Shown here: piece after piece, positions 32,772 through 44,445 of the stretch | How the letters are laid out: every line of letters starts with the position of its first letter | Position numbering within the stretch: the first letter of the stretch is position 1 | Origin: Blastocystis sp. Blastoise | Taxonomy: Eukaryota > Protista > Bigyra: Opalinata | Length of the DNA: 64,000 nucleotides | Reading direction: 5' to 3' | Assembly: GCA_039096225.1 (NCBI GenBank) | Contig: JBBPEB010000024.1 | Coordinates: 1-64,000 of the forward strand | Notes under the pieces: model-generated | Database searches by the model: none | Seen by the model: the letters and a program-made list of their open reading frames with translations, nothing else | What the model was told of the DNA's origin: nothing | Program-made: the position numbers and the translations under genes

Positions 32772-34299
32772 ATGTCATCAACAAGATTAGTTAGATATAC
32801 TGAACCTATAAATATTCAAAGTGGAGTTGACTTAATGAATAGTCAATATGCATTTCATTTTGAATGGACAAATACTGATAATAAATTTGTTGATTTTAGT
32901 CAATCTTATATTGATTTAGTTGTTCGTACTTCTTCTTATGTAGATCCTGATACAAGTCATAGAATTCCAGAATTTATCGAAGGTTGGTCAAGTTATTTAG
33001 GAACACAAAATAAATACAATAATGTTAAATGGTTAACTCCAGAAATGTTTATGCATGAACATATTGATGAAATGAATCAAAGAGCTAATATTTATTCTAT
33101 TATAGATAGTACAGAAATTGATATGAATTATGTTCATCCTTCTGGTAAAGAAAAAGCATTAAAAGTAATTGATAGTTGTATACATGCTAGTAGAGGTCGT
33201 AAAATGATTGCATTAAAAGATTTAGATAAAGATATTATTGAATAATCTATGTATAATGAATCTTTATTTGCTCCTGTAAAAGGATTAAATTCTTTACGTT
33301 TTATTCGAACACATCCAGACCAAGATATTCATATTGCTATTCCTTTGAATTTAATTTGTGCATTAGGTGCTGATAGAGATAGTGTTGTATTAGTACAACA
33401 TTTAAAAATGCTTTTTCGTACATCTCTTTTAACTTCATTGGTTGAAAATAATAAAAGTATTCCTTATAGATTTGCTGATGTAACAAAAACATCCGATGGA
33501 TGGATTCCTGCACCAACTAAATGGACATATTTTGATGTAAAATGGTTTAATGATTTTAAATTAATTAGTGCCTCTATGACATTAATGACTTATCAGAATA
33601 TATCATTTCAAAGACATGAATTATTTAAAAGTGTTCCTTCTTATTCTCAAGTAGATTATTTTCAAGAAAAAATTACTGATAGTGTTTCTATTATTAATAA
33701 ACCTGTTGCTTTTTTTCCCTGAATATATCTTATTTTGGTTTAGTGATGGATTTGATTTTAATATTACACCAAATATTGCTAGTCCCTCTATTTGGCCAGA
33801 ATATTTAAGTTGTATTTGTGGTAATATACAAATTTTCCCTCAAACTGAATTTCCTACAACTAAATATGGTTATGATATTACTAATAAAGGTCATTGTGAA
33901 GATGATAATGAACCTTTATCTATTTATAGACCTAATATAGCTTTATATAATATATGGGCAGATAATTCTGTTCTTAATACAGCTGTGAAATATAATGAAT
34001 GGATAAAACATCCAATTTATGTTATTCCTGTTAATAATTTAGCTAATGTTCGTAGTAATACTGGTATGGCATTAATTTTTGAATCAAAATTACGTGCAAA
34101 TAAACTTATTTTAAATCATATTGATGATAGTATTTTACCAGATTTTGACAGTTATAATCCTGGAATAACAGAACAAGGAAATGCAATAGTTCAAGTTAAT
34201 AGTCATCCTGGATTACAATATACTTATAATACATCAATTAATAAGAATAATCCTTATACTTTACACATGCTTTGTGTTCGTTCTGCTAGAGATATTTAA
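32772..34299 (+). pseudogene. Major capsid paralogue 1 (element 2), TAA at 33243-33245 and +1 frameshift near 33718
   Basis: Three ORF fragments collinear with 8340-9929 (ends VRS.RDI). Confidence 0.75.
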
Positions 34300-34360
34300 T
34301 TCTTAAAGAACATAAATATTTTTTTTTAATTCATCAAAATTATTTAAAAAAATAATAATA

Positions 34361-35671
34361 ATGAGTAAAATTCCTGCTGCTTTTAATCCTAGTAAAAATT
34401 ATCAAACTATTAAGAATACACAAACACCTATTAGTATAACAAATAATCAATCCTTAATGGACCAACCTTATGTTTTTGATTTTTGTTATAACAGTGTTGA
34501 TAGTCCATATATTGATTTTTCTAATAGTTATATTGAATTATGGCTTAATGTTAGAGCTGTATCCGCTAGTGAGCCACCTGCTACTATTCAAGAATGTAAC
34601 TTATATTCAATTATTGATAAATTAGCTATTACAATGACATATATAAGTCCTACTGGTGTAGATGTTGCTGTAAATTATACTGAAAATAGTATTGATAGTA
34701 GTAAAGCTAGAAAATTTATAGCTTTAAAAGAATTAAGTAAAGATGAAATTGATAGAAGTGTATATTGTGCTAGTGGTGAAGATTTATATGCTGTAAAAGA
34801 TAACGTAGAATCTATTAAATTTATGGAATACAGTTCAGGCTCATTAAAAGATACTGTTTATAAAGTAGCAATTCCATTTATGTTAATTAGTGGTTTAGGT
34901 ACATTTAATTGTGCTATTAAGGTAAAAACATTAAAAATACAAGTTACTACAAATTATTTAAGAAACATGTGTTCTAATATTGGTAGAATAACACAATTTA
35001 ATTTATCTCGTGCTTATATTACATTTAAACAAATTTATGATATTAATTGGAAAGGAAATCCTATGGCTCTTATGCGATGTATTCCTAATAATTGTCAATT
35101 ATGTACATTTAGTACTCCATGTTATGAATGGAGTTATACAAATAGTGGAACACAAAATGTCGTTTTAACTCCTTCTGGAACATTTATTAATAGTCGTAGT
35201 GTTAACTTTATTCCAGATTATTGTTTAATGTATTTTACTGATAAAGCAGGAAGTATGTTCCCTATAAATACAGAAATTCCTACAACTGTATCTTTTCAAA
35301 TTGGTGGTATTAATGTCACAGGTAGAGAAGATTATCCTCCACAATATAAAAAATTATTTAATTCAAAATCATCGACAAATAACGGTTGGACTGGATATTT
35401 AACTCCTAATATTGCTCTTTATAATGATTGGAGAGCAAACTGTCATGAACAATCTCCATTAATTGGTGAAAAATGGTATGAACAACCATTATATATATTC
35501 CCTATTTCCAGTTCAGTGGATGTAAATAATCAAGCTGGTGTTGAAGTTAATATTACATTACATAGTACACGTTCAACTGATGTTTCTACAGCTGCTGGAA
35601 AGACTTCATATTGGATACCTTATGTTAATTTTATTTTTGTGAAGTTTATTAGAAACGGTGCAATGAATTAA
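34361..35671 (+). CDS. Major capsid paralogue 2 (element 2), intact
   Basis: Orthologue of 10041-11342. Confidence 0.65.
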   Translation: MSKIPAAFNPSKNYQTIKNTQTPISITNNQSLMDQPYVFDFCYNSVDSPYIDFSNSYIELWLNVRAVSASEPPATIQECNLYSIIDKLAITMTYISPTGVDVAVNYTENSIDSSKARKFIALKELSKDEIDRSVYCASGEDLYAVKDNVESIKFMEYSSGSLKDTVYKVAIPFMLISGLGTFNCAIKVKTLKIQVTTNYLRNMCSNIGRITQFNLSRAYITFKQIYDINWKGNPMALMRCIPNNCQLCTFSTPCYEWSYTNSGTQNVVLTPSGTFINSRSVNFIPDYCLMYFTDKAGSMFPINTEIPTTVSFQIGGINVTGREDYPPQYKKLFNSKSSTNNGWTGYLTPNIALYNDWRANCHEQSPLIGEKWYEQPLYIFPISSSVDVNNQAGVEVNITLHSTRSTDVSTAAGKTSYWIPYVNFIFVKFIRNGAMN

Positions 35672-35715
35672 TTTTAATTTTAAATTTAATTTTTTTTATT
35701 ATCATAAAAAAAAAC

Positions 35716-36084
35716 ATGGAAGCTGTATCTCATATGAGTTGTATAAATAGTAGTTTTTATCTTGAAAGATTTAATAATACGTTAAATTTAAATAATAAAA
35801 ATATTACTTATATAAATACTATGATTAATACACTAAAAATTAGAAGTAATAATGATGTAACAATGTTACGAGTATATTGTAATTTTATTGATCATGATAA
35901 TGATTTAATCATGATTCCTTTATATGCTGAACAAGGATTGGATAATATTTATTCATTAAGTAATATTTCTATTCCTTGTATAAATGGTCAATATAATGAA
36001 ATTTATTGGGAAATATATGACCAATTAAATCGTCCAATAACTCTTGATGAAGGAGCTTTAACTATTCATTTTACTGCATGTTAA
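35716..36084 (+). CDS. Minimal 122-aa penton/minor-capsid-like protein
   Basis: Orthologue of 11393-12047 without the insertion. Confidence 0.65.
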   Translation: MEAVSHMSCINSSFYLERFNNTLNLNNKNITYINTMINTLKIRSNNDVTMLRVYCNFIDHDNDLIMIPLYAEQGLDNIYSLSNISIPCINGQYNEIYWEIYDQLNRPITLDEGALTIHFTAC

Positions 36085-36167
36085 TAATTTTGAGTTTAAA
36101 TATTGTATTAAGTATAAAGAATTATTATATCAATTATTGTGTTTTGTTTATCAAACATAATTATTTT

Positions 36168-37217
36168 ATGCCAAAAGAAAACAACCAATTAAAATCTAAA
36201 AATAAATCATTAGGAGCATTATCATTTAAATTTGATGAAACTGGTGTAGAGACTTATGAATCTAAATTTATTATGATTATTGCAAAAACAATGTCTGGAA
36301 AATCATTTTTAACCGTGAATTTGTTATGTTGTATGGATTTAGATAATAAATATAGTCAAGTAACATTATTTTGCCCTGATGCTTCTAATAAAAATTAATG
36401 TTATGCTGGATTACGAGATATTTTGAAACATGCTGATATAAAATTTCAATGGTATGATAGTGAAGATGAAAAATTTAAAAAGATACGTAATGTAAATGAT
36501 TTAGTTACAGTTTATAATATTCCACAACACAATTTTATTGTATTAGATGATATATATCCATTAACAATGTATACTAAAGAATTAATAATGTCTATATTAT
36601 CACGTGGACGACATTATAAACAAAATATGATATGTTGCTTACAAAGTCATTTAAAAATTACAATTCAGTCTATTATTAATCAAGTTAGTCATTTATTTGT
36701 GAATAGCCAATTACTTAAAGTGAATTTAGATTTTGTTACAGATAAATTAGATTTACCAGTGAATAACCTAAATGAAATTATGAATGATACAAAATTATTA
36801 GAAGACCCTCATCAATTTTATATGTACGCACAAGGTAGTTATGAATTAATACCATGGAAAAATCCTGAATATAAATCAAAAGAGGAATTATATAGAATAG
36901 TAAAAAAAAGAAAATGGACTGAAGCAGATGAAAAAAAGGAAAAGGAAAAAGAAAAAGAAAATAGAAACAATTCTTTATCAGCAATTTCGAATAAAAAAAC
37001 TTTAGAAAATATTGAGTCAAAAAAATTGAAAAAATTATTTAATATTGAAGATGATTTTACACCACCAAATATAGAAGAAGAAAATGAAAATATTCATGGG
37101 GATGATGTAATGAGTTTAATCAATAATGAAATAAGAAATCAACGTCAATTAAGTATATATAATCCCTTTAATGAAGGTCGTCAATTTCTTAATTTTCCTT
37201 TAAATAATGAATTTTAA
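36168..37217 (+). pseudogene. Packaging ATPase (element 2) with in-frame TAA at 36396-36398
   Basis: AKTMSGKS, FIVLDD, RGRHY; stop aligns with Glu in element 1. Confidence 0.85.
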
Positions 37218-37253
37218 CTTTAATTTGTTTTTATTTTTATTTTATTTTCCTAA

Positions 37254-37907
37254 ATGAGTAGTATCGTTAGACGTAATTTAGCCTATAACTGTGACCCATC
37301 GAAATATGGTGCGGGATTGAATATCCCAGATAAACAAGAAAAAGTAAAAACTTTCAAAAACAGTTATGGTGGTGGATATATTGAGGATGAATGTGATAGT
37401 GTTTCTAGTTATTCATCATCTGAATCATCATATAGTAGTGATTCATATTCTTCATCAGATAGTAGTGATTCATCTTCTGTTTATTCTTCTGATGCTGATG
37501 ATGAAGACACAAATGAAGATGATGGTGATGAAGAAAAAACTGATGGCCCGTAACATTAATTAGAAAAGGTCAAGTATTATCAAAGTAAAAAGAAGAAAAA
37601 GCCAACAACACAAACGACAACAACATCATCAACATCATCAACAGCAAAAAATAATAAATGGAAATATTATTTTAAATTAGCTAAGAAATTTATTATTCAA
37701 GCTGGAAAGTTATGTTTACATTTAGGTTTGTCATTTGTGTTATCATTAATTTTTAAAGTCTATATAAATGACTTATGGGTTACTGGTCATGGTACTATAA
37801 TAAATGCATTTGGTAGATTTTTTAGTAAAGTAATAAGTTTCCTCGGATTTGGTGGTGGATTAAATGGTCCAAATAAAGATGTTAAAATGCAAGTGTATCA
37901 TTGCTAA
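37254..37907 (+). pseudogene. NCDPSKYG protein orthologue, Ser/Asp-rich, interrupted near 37553
   Basis: N-terminal match to 13270; coding-like sequence continues past stops; end approximate. Confidence 0.5.
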
Positions 37908-38081
37908 AAGATGAAATAGATAAGCAAAGAATGAAACCTGGAAATGAAGATATTAATTCAAAAAATGTATCATCTGATTTAATAGCAAAAACAATGTACA
38001 CATTAATAGCATTAGACAAATTCATGCATCATGTAAAAAAAAAATAAAATCCACATAATTTATTTATAAATTCTTTATTAT

Positions 38082-38264
38082 ATGGAATCAATAAATCAAA
38101 ATAACTATACGTCATTAAATCATATTTTACAACGTAATTTTGTTGAACAAAGTTGGGACCCATGGTTACCTAACATGTATATATGCCAAGATGAACAACC
38201 TACACAGCCTATTGCTCACGACCCTTTACTACCTAATTCTATGATAAATTTAGCCCCACATTAA
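38082..38264 (+). CDS. Short orthologue of 14021 protein (N-terminal domain only)
   Basis: RNFVEQSWDPWLPNMYICQDEQP. Confidence 0.65.
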   Translation: MESINQNNYTSLNHILQRNFVEQSWDPWLPNMYICQDEQPTQPIAHDPLLPNSMINLAPH

Positions 38265-38374
38265 ATGATATTTTATTTACTTTATATATATAAATATTTT
38301 TAAATAAATGTTGGTCTTTTTAATATTTTGTTTAGTTCATTAAATTTTTATATTTTTCTATACTTAAAAGAAAA

Positions 38375-39466
38375 ATGGAAAGTAATTACATGACAAATAC
38401 AAAAGCAATGACTGGAATTAATAGACTTGCTATTGGTAAAGAGTATTCACCATATAAAGGAAAATCATATGTTCATGATACAAATTATCATAAAGGAGTC
38501 CATTGGAATTCTAAAGCTAATTCTTATTTTACAAAACAACAAGAAATTGATGATTCTATTAATCAATCATTTGGTGCTGGTATCGCTGGATTTATAAGAA
38601 ATAGTCCAAATAAATCAGTTTTTAAAAGTTTACAACATCCTCATCACAATAATTATGGTGGTGGAATTAATCATCATGGTTGTTTATCCAATGAAATGGC
38701 AAAAAGACTAATTATTACTAATGATTATATTATTCCAAAATTAATTGAACAAAATCATTCCTGTGGAGCTGGTTTAAAGAAAATCATTAATAAAGAAGCA
38801 ATTATTGATAATTTTGATTTTAGTGGCAAATATGGAGGTAATATACATGTCAAAAAAGGTGGAGCATGGAAAATATTAAGTACCATTAATAAATATTTAC
38901 CATTTAAAAGAAATAATGTTTCAAAGAATATTCCAAAAGGTGACGAGGATGAAGATATGCCCCCTAGAAGTCATGGATCAGTAGCTGCTGATTGGAGAGC
39001 TTATACTGAAAGGAAACTGAAACATTTAAAAGAAATGGGTAAAATTGCCTTAGTAGCAGGAAAAAAAGATTTAGGCATGATAAAAGACACATTTCTTCAT
39101 CCTAAACCAGATACTACAATTAAAGACAGATTTGAAAGTATAAAGCAAAATAGTAGTTTGGTGAAAAAATTTAAAAAACTCTACAAGCAAGGCGAAACTA
39201 GATATAATACATATCTTTTCAGTAATCCTAAAAATGAAAGTCCCCTCATTGATAGCGCATCAACTGACTTTTTTAGATATGTTCAAGCAGGTATCGCTGC
39301 AAAACAAGGAATAAAACAAAAAATTCATCATATAAAAAATCAATTATTTAATCATGGAGATAAAAAAAAACCTTATGTTAAACCCAAAATTGGTGAAACA
39401 TATCGTGATGCAAATAAAAGCAAAAATGGAGACTTAATCATCAATCCGCATTGTAGCGACCTCTGA
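38375..39466 (+). CDS. GxG-rich core protein paralogue B (element 2)
   Basis: Syntenic with 15078; GAG/GGG motifs, KKGGAW. Confidence 0.55.
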   Translation: MESNYMTNTKAMTGINRLAIGKEYSPYKGKSYVHDTNYHKGVHWNSKANSYFTKQQEIDDSINQSFGAGIAGFIRNSPNKSVFKSLQHPHHNNYGGGINHHGCLSNEMAKRLIITNDYIIPKLIEQNHSCGAGLKKIINKEAIIDNFDFSGKYGGNIHVKKGGAWKILSTINKYLPFKRNNVSKNIPKGDEDEDMPPRSHGSVAADWRAYTERKLKHLKEMGKIALVAGKKDLGMIKDTFLHPKPDTTIKDRFESIKQNSSLVKKFKKLYKQGETRYNTYLFSNPKNESPLIDSASTDFFRYVQAGIAAKQGIKQKIHHIKNQLFNHGDKKKPYVKPKIGETYRDANKSKNGDLIINPHCSDL

Positions 39467-42299
39467 AGAAATTAGAAAAGGAATTATTAAGGATAATAAT
39501 GCTAGTGTGAATGATAGTATTGAAGATTTAGCAAGAAAAGAACAACGCATTCATTTATCTAGAAAAGTGTTACATCCTGAATATGAATATGACTCTCAAG
39601 CGTATAAGGATAGAATAGACGATAATAATACTGAAAGAGAAAAAAGAATTATGCTAAGATTAATGAAAGCAAAACAGCATTTAGTATATAAATATTATGA
39701 TGAAGATGACCCTTTTAAGATTCCTGAATCAGAATGGTATAAAAAGGAAAATAGTTTATTACCCGAATGGTCAAAAGATATAATAAATAATTTTGAGCTT
39801 AATCATTATGAAAAATTTGGAAATGATGCAGTTAATGATGATTTAACAAATGAATTAATTTCAAATAGTGAGCAACATCAAAATGATATTAATGAAACTT
39901 ATGCAGAAATTTTTGGATTACCTAAATATTTTATGTATGGTATATATCCCCATGGTTCTGAAGACGAAAAAAATAAATCAAATAATAATAAATGGATTGA
40001 GCCAGAACAACCTTATGATAAAACAAAATATCATCCTTATAATAATTTTGATTATTCAAATGCATTTAATATCGATGATCCTGAATATTCAGAGATTTAT
40101 AAAAAATATACTTATAAACCAAATGAAATGCAAGATAATAATAATGAATCCATGAATAATAATAATAATTATCATGAAATTAATCCTGATAGAAATGATT
40201 CTTCTGATGAATATGAAAATAATGATAATGATAATGCAAATAATTCTATGGAAATAGAATCAAATGATCAAAATAGTAATATTGACATTGATAACTCAAA
40301 TCAGAGTAATGGAAGCATGGATAATAATGTTTCTCAACAAAATAATGACAATATTGATATTGATAACCAACCATTCCATGAAGAAAATAATATTCCAAAT
40401 TTAAATGAAATGGTTGATAACAATGAAAATCATAAAGAAAATGATACAAATGTACAAATCGATAATAATAATAATGTTCCAGTCACAGAAGATAGATTTA
40501 TACTTGTTGACAATAATCAATTGAATTCGATGAATTTAAATGCAAATGATGCGGATATCAGTCAATCAAATCAAAAAGAAAATGATGTTCATGACGATGT
40601 TCCAATTAAAAAAGAAATTGAAATTGAAAAAAATGTTCCAGTACAAAAAGAAATGGAAATAGAAAATAATATTCCAGTGCAAAAAGAAATGGAAATACAA
40701 GAAGATGAACGTTCTATAGAATCACCAATAATTGAAAAATTAATTCCAAATATTGATAACATAATTAGAGAATCAAATAATAATAGTTTTCAGAGTTTTC
40801 AGCCAGTAAATAATATTTCAAATGAAATAAATATAAAATCAGAAAATATGTCACTTTTAGACCAAAATATAAATTCACAACAAAATAGTAGTGATAATAA
40901 TATGACTTCATCTGAAAGTGATGATAACATGTTTTCTTCATCTTCTTTTCAAACTGCTGATGATATGTCATCTTCTGATGCCTCTATGAAAAGTTTATTT
41001 TCTGAATCGGAGAATCTAAATGATATGGAAATAGAAACTCAACCAAATATTACAGAAAGTCAAATAAATTCAAATATTCAAAATAATATTAATTATTCCA
41101 TAAATAATAATGTTCCTAATTATAATGATAACACATTCAAAATTGATATTACAACCAATGAATTTAATACATCGGATATAAATATTCCAAAAATTAATGA
41201 ACAATCCAATAATATAATTGCATCTCAAAACTTTATTAATAACTCTTTATTACCCGAAAATTCAAATCAACAAAATGATTATAATGTTCAATTAACGTCA
41301 AACAATAATTTAAATAAAGATTCAGATAATAGTGATTCTGTCGCTGATATTGAAACTGATGACAACAACAAAATATTCAATATATATCCATCATCGTCAG
41401 ATGAAGAATCTGATTTACATTATGATGACATGCATAATTTAGTATTAGATACAGAAGACAAACAACGAGGATACTATAATTACATGGTAAATAAATTAAA
41501 TAGTTTCCAAGGAACATCATATAAAACACTTCCAGAAAATGCAAATATTAATTATCCACTATTAAAGACTTATATGTCTGAGTTGCAAACTAATTATAAT
41601 CAACACTTATCTGATATAAAGAATCTAAAAAAATATAAACATCATTTAACTGACCAAAATGAAATACAAGATACTAATGTATATATTGATGATATTAAAA
41701 CAATGATTACAAATTTAGCAGATGATTTTATTGATACATTCCAGAATTTTGATGATTCTAATTCAAATAACCAATCACAAAGTACTGTTTCATCTAATAA
41801 TAATAGTATGATGCAAAATAATGTAAAACTAGAAGAACCAGCAAACTTAGCAAATGAAATTAATTTACCTCTAAATAAAAATGGCGACACAATTAATTCC
41901 GTTGAAGAATTATTACAAAATGATTTTCAAACATTTTTTAATGAAATGGAAAGTATTCATAATCAAACTTTTAATAATATGGAAGCAAACACAGCCTCAA
42001 TACAAAATCCTCTGAATTCACAAAATCATATTAATGATTCTTTTGAAACAAACATGATAAATAATAGTGTTTCTCCAGATACAAATCAACCTATTCCTAT
42101 TGAACGGCAAGAAACAAATCTATCTTCTGATTCTTCTGAAATAGATACTTTTATGGGAAAACTAGAAAAAACTATAGGGAAAAAATCCAAACCAAAAAAT
42201 ACTAAATTCGCTGAAGAAATGATGAATAATTTAGATGAATCATTTAAAAAATATAATGAAAATACTTTACTTAATCATAAAATTCTCGTCCATCATTAA
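39438..42299 (+). CDS. Large Asn/Asp/Glu-rich low-complexity protein, possibly a frameshifted continuation of 38375 ORF
   Basis: Open from 39438 without nearby ATG; three VP/IP-xxKE-IEI/MEI repeats; coding-like sequence continues past 42299 in another frame. Confidence 0.55.
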   Translation, partial: SSIRIVATSEEIRKGIIKDNNASVNDSIEDLARKEQRIHLSRKVLHPEYEYDSQAYKDRIDDNNTEREKRIMLRLMKAKQHLVYKYYDEDDPFKIPESEWYKKENSLLPEWSKDIINNFELNHYEKFGNDAVNDDLTNELISNSEQHQNDINETYAEIFGLPKYFMYGIYPHGSEDEKNKSNNNKWIEPEQPYDKTKYHPYNNFDYSNAFNIDDPEYSEIYKKYTYKPNEMQDNNNESMNNNNNYHEINPDRNDSSDEYENNDNDNANNSMEIESNDQNSNIDIDNSNQSNGSMDNNVSQQNNDNIDIDNQPFHEENNIPNLNEMVDNNENHKENDTNVQIDNNNNVPVTEDRFILVDNNQLNSMNLNANDADISQSNQKENDVHDDVPIKKEIEIEKNVPVQKEMEIENNIPVQKEMEIQEDERSIESPIIEKLIPNIDNIIRESNNNSFQSFQPVNNISNEINIKSENMSLLDQNINSQQNSSDNNMTSSESDDNMFSSSSFQTADDMSSSDASMKSLFSESENLNDMEIETQPNITESQINSNIQNNINYSINNNVPNYNDNTFKIDITTNEFNTSDINIPKINEQSNNIIASQNFINNSLLPENSNQQNDYNVQLTSNNNLNKDSDNSDSVADIETDDNNKIFNIYPSSSDEESDLHYDDMHNLVLDTEDKQRGYYNYMVNKLNSFQGTSYKTLPENANINYPLLKTYMSELQTNYNQHLSDIKNLKKYKHHLTDQNEIQDTNVYIDDIKTMITNLADDFIDTFQNFDDSNSNNQSQSTVSSNNNSMMQNNVKLEEPANLANEINLPLNKNGDTINSVEELLQNDFQTFFNEMESIHNQTFNNMEANTASIQNPLNSQNHINDSFETNMINNSVSPDTNQPIPIERQETNLSSDSSEIDTFMGKLEKTIGKKSKPKNTKFAEEMMNNLDESFKKYNENTLLNHKILVHH

Positions 42300-42717
42300 A
42301 TAATAATGAACAAGTAAAACGAGTAGTAGTAAATTCTTCAGATAATTCAGATTCTGTTGGTGAATTCCATAAATATGGAAAAAAATCTAAAAAAGATATG
42401 GAGAATCAAGTACAAAAGAAACCAATCATAAATAAAAAAAAACAAAAATGAATCTAAATCCATGATAAAACCACAAATAACTCAACATATCTTAAATAAA
42501 TGATATCAAATAACATCTTTGTACAAATATCTAAACTGATATAAAATCATTAACCAATATATTTATTTATTAAAAATATCTTTTAAACGTAAATCTTTTA
42601 TTTATAAATTATTTATTATATTTTAATTGTTGTGTTTTTTTAAAAATAAGTTTTTAAACTATAAACAAAACAATTTATTATTTAAAAAAAAATTAAACAA
42701 AACAAAAAAAAACAAAG

Positions 42718-42919
42718 TTAATAAAAACCTTTTTTTCTTTGTTGCTCACGATAGTAAGCAAGAGCAGGAGACATTCTAGCTACTTTCTGATCTTTCAGAA
42801 AATTTAAGCTAGCAGGAACGGGTTCACTATATAAATAAATAAATAAATAAAAAATAATAATAAACATACCCTATTGGTTTTGTTTCTAAAAATTTTTCGT
42901 CCTTTTCAGGAACTGGCAT
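42718..42919 (-). CDS. 52-aa protein with 43-nt intron (42827-42869)
   Basis: MPVPEKDEKFLETKPIG/EPVPASLNFLKDQKVARMSPALAYYREQQRKKGFY*; GTATGT...ATATAG; TGTTTTGTT downstream. Confidence 0.65.
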
Positions 42920-43370
42920 TCTTATAAAAAATAAATAAAAAATAAATAAAAAATGATTTGAAAATATTAAAAATGTAAATAAAATAGAGAAACTTGTGTT
43001 TAATGACGAAATATATGACAAATATAAAATATTTAAAATATCCAATCAAAATAAAGTTCTAGAATTCTTAAACATGATCGAAAAGAGAAACTATTACTAA
43101 TAAATCAATTGAAATTGGAGAACTTTGTTCTGAATGTGGTGATCGATCAATGACAAACTTCATGACAAAGGTAGTATACAAAATTTTATCCAATAAAAAT
43201 GTTTTGGAACAACAGAAGCTATAAAAAAGTGGAAACTGAGCAAATGAACTTATTCTTTTAGAATAAATTTTCTCATCTGACTTTTTTTATAACCATTAAT
43301 TTTTATAGCCATTCATTGAGTTTTACTTTTTTTATTTTTACATATTTATTTTATTTTTTGAAAATTTAAA

Positions 43371-44181
43371 ATGCCTAGCCACTATCTTTCCCGTGGTAGA
43401 AGAGCTATTATGAATAGCTATAATCATTACAGTATGTTTTTATTTATTTTTATGTTTTTTATTATATAGTTGCCCACCGATCTGAGGATCGTGCTGTCTC
43501 TGGTGCTGTTCCTGGTGCTGTTCCTGGTGCTGCTGCTGAATCTGTTGATTCAGTAACTTTTAAGTTACTGAATCATGATTCTTCTCTTGGGGAGGTGTCT
43601 GATCACTGGGGATCTATGTCACCACCACCTCTTGAGAGAATTGTTCCTTCGTCTTCAGATTCTGAAAAGACGCTGGAATCAGATTCAGACTCTTCTCTTG
43701 CTACTTTGAAGGTAATTGAACCCGATACCGGGAAAAAAAGTATTTATTTTATTTATATTATTTCTATTTTTATTTTTTTATAGCGCCATTGTGTCCCGGT
43801 TCTCTTGGTCCGCGGGTTTTGGAAGAAACCGCCTTCTACGCTCCAAAAAGGACTAGAAGGGATGGATCTTCCTACCCAGAAAAAAATTTAAATAAAAATA
43901 TTTGTTTTTCTCCTTGTTCTCCTTCTATTTCTGTTTTTTCTTTTTCTCCTGTTTCTCCTTTTTATGTTCCTTGTTCTCCTCCTGTTTCTCCTTCTTTATC
44001 TTTATTTTCTCCTCGTTTTTCTCCTGTTTCTCCTTGTTCTCGCACTTGTTCTATTAATGAAAAAATACCTCCAATTCAATTACCTCCCGTGGTAATTGAG
44101 ATGCCGGTATCTGAGGGTTCAATCATAAAAGGAAATAAAAAGATTGAATATAAGTTACATCTGAAAATTTCAGATTTATAA
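43371..44181 (+). CDS. Ser/Pro-rich protein with two introns (43432-43469, 43740-43783)
   Basis: Both GT-AG introns restore one continuous frame linking ATG 43371 to ORFs 43595 and 43789. Confidence 0.72.
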
Positions 44182-44445
44182 TCAGTCTTTTTTTCTTTTT
44201 TTCTTTTTCTTTATATATATATATATATTTCTTTTTCTTTTATTATATATATTTATATACTTATTTTTTTTTTTTTGCCTAAGTTAATTTTTAAACTCAT
44301 TTGTTTAGTTAAATATTTCAGACTAATACTTAAACTGCTGAATCTAAAATATTAAATAACTTAGAATATTTTTATTTTTTTTGACTTAGATTTTTTTTTT
44401 ATTTTTATTACAATAATTTTCTATACTGTCTTCATGCACCAATTT

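Noticed and set aside
31812-36398. Stop-codon reassignment explaining in-frame TAA/TAG
   Set aside because: Stops align with different residues (Trp, Lys, Glu), each one substitution away, and most genes end in TAA; nonsense mutations fit better
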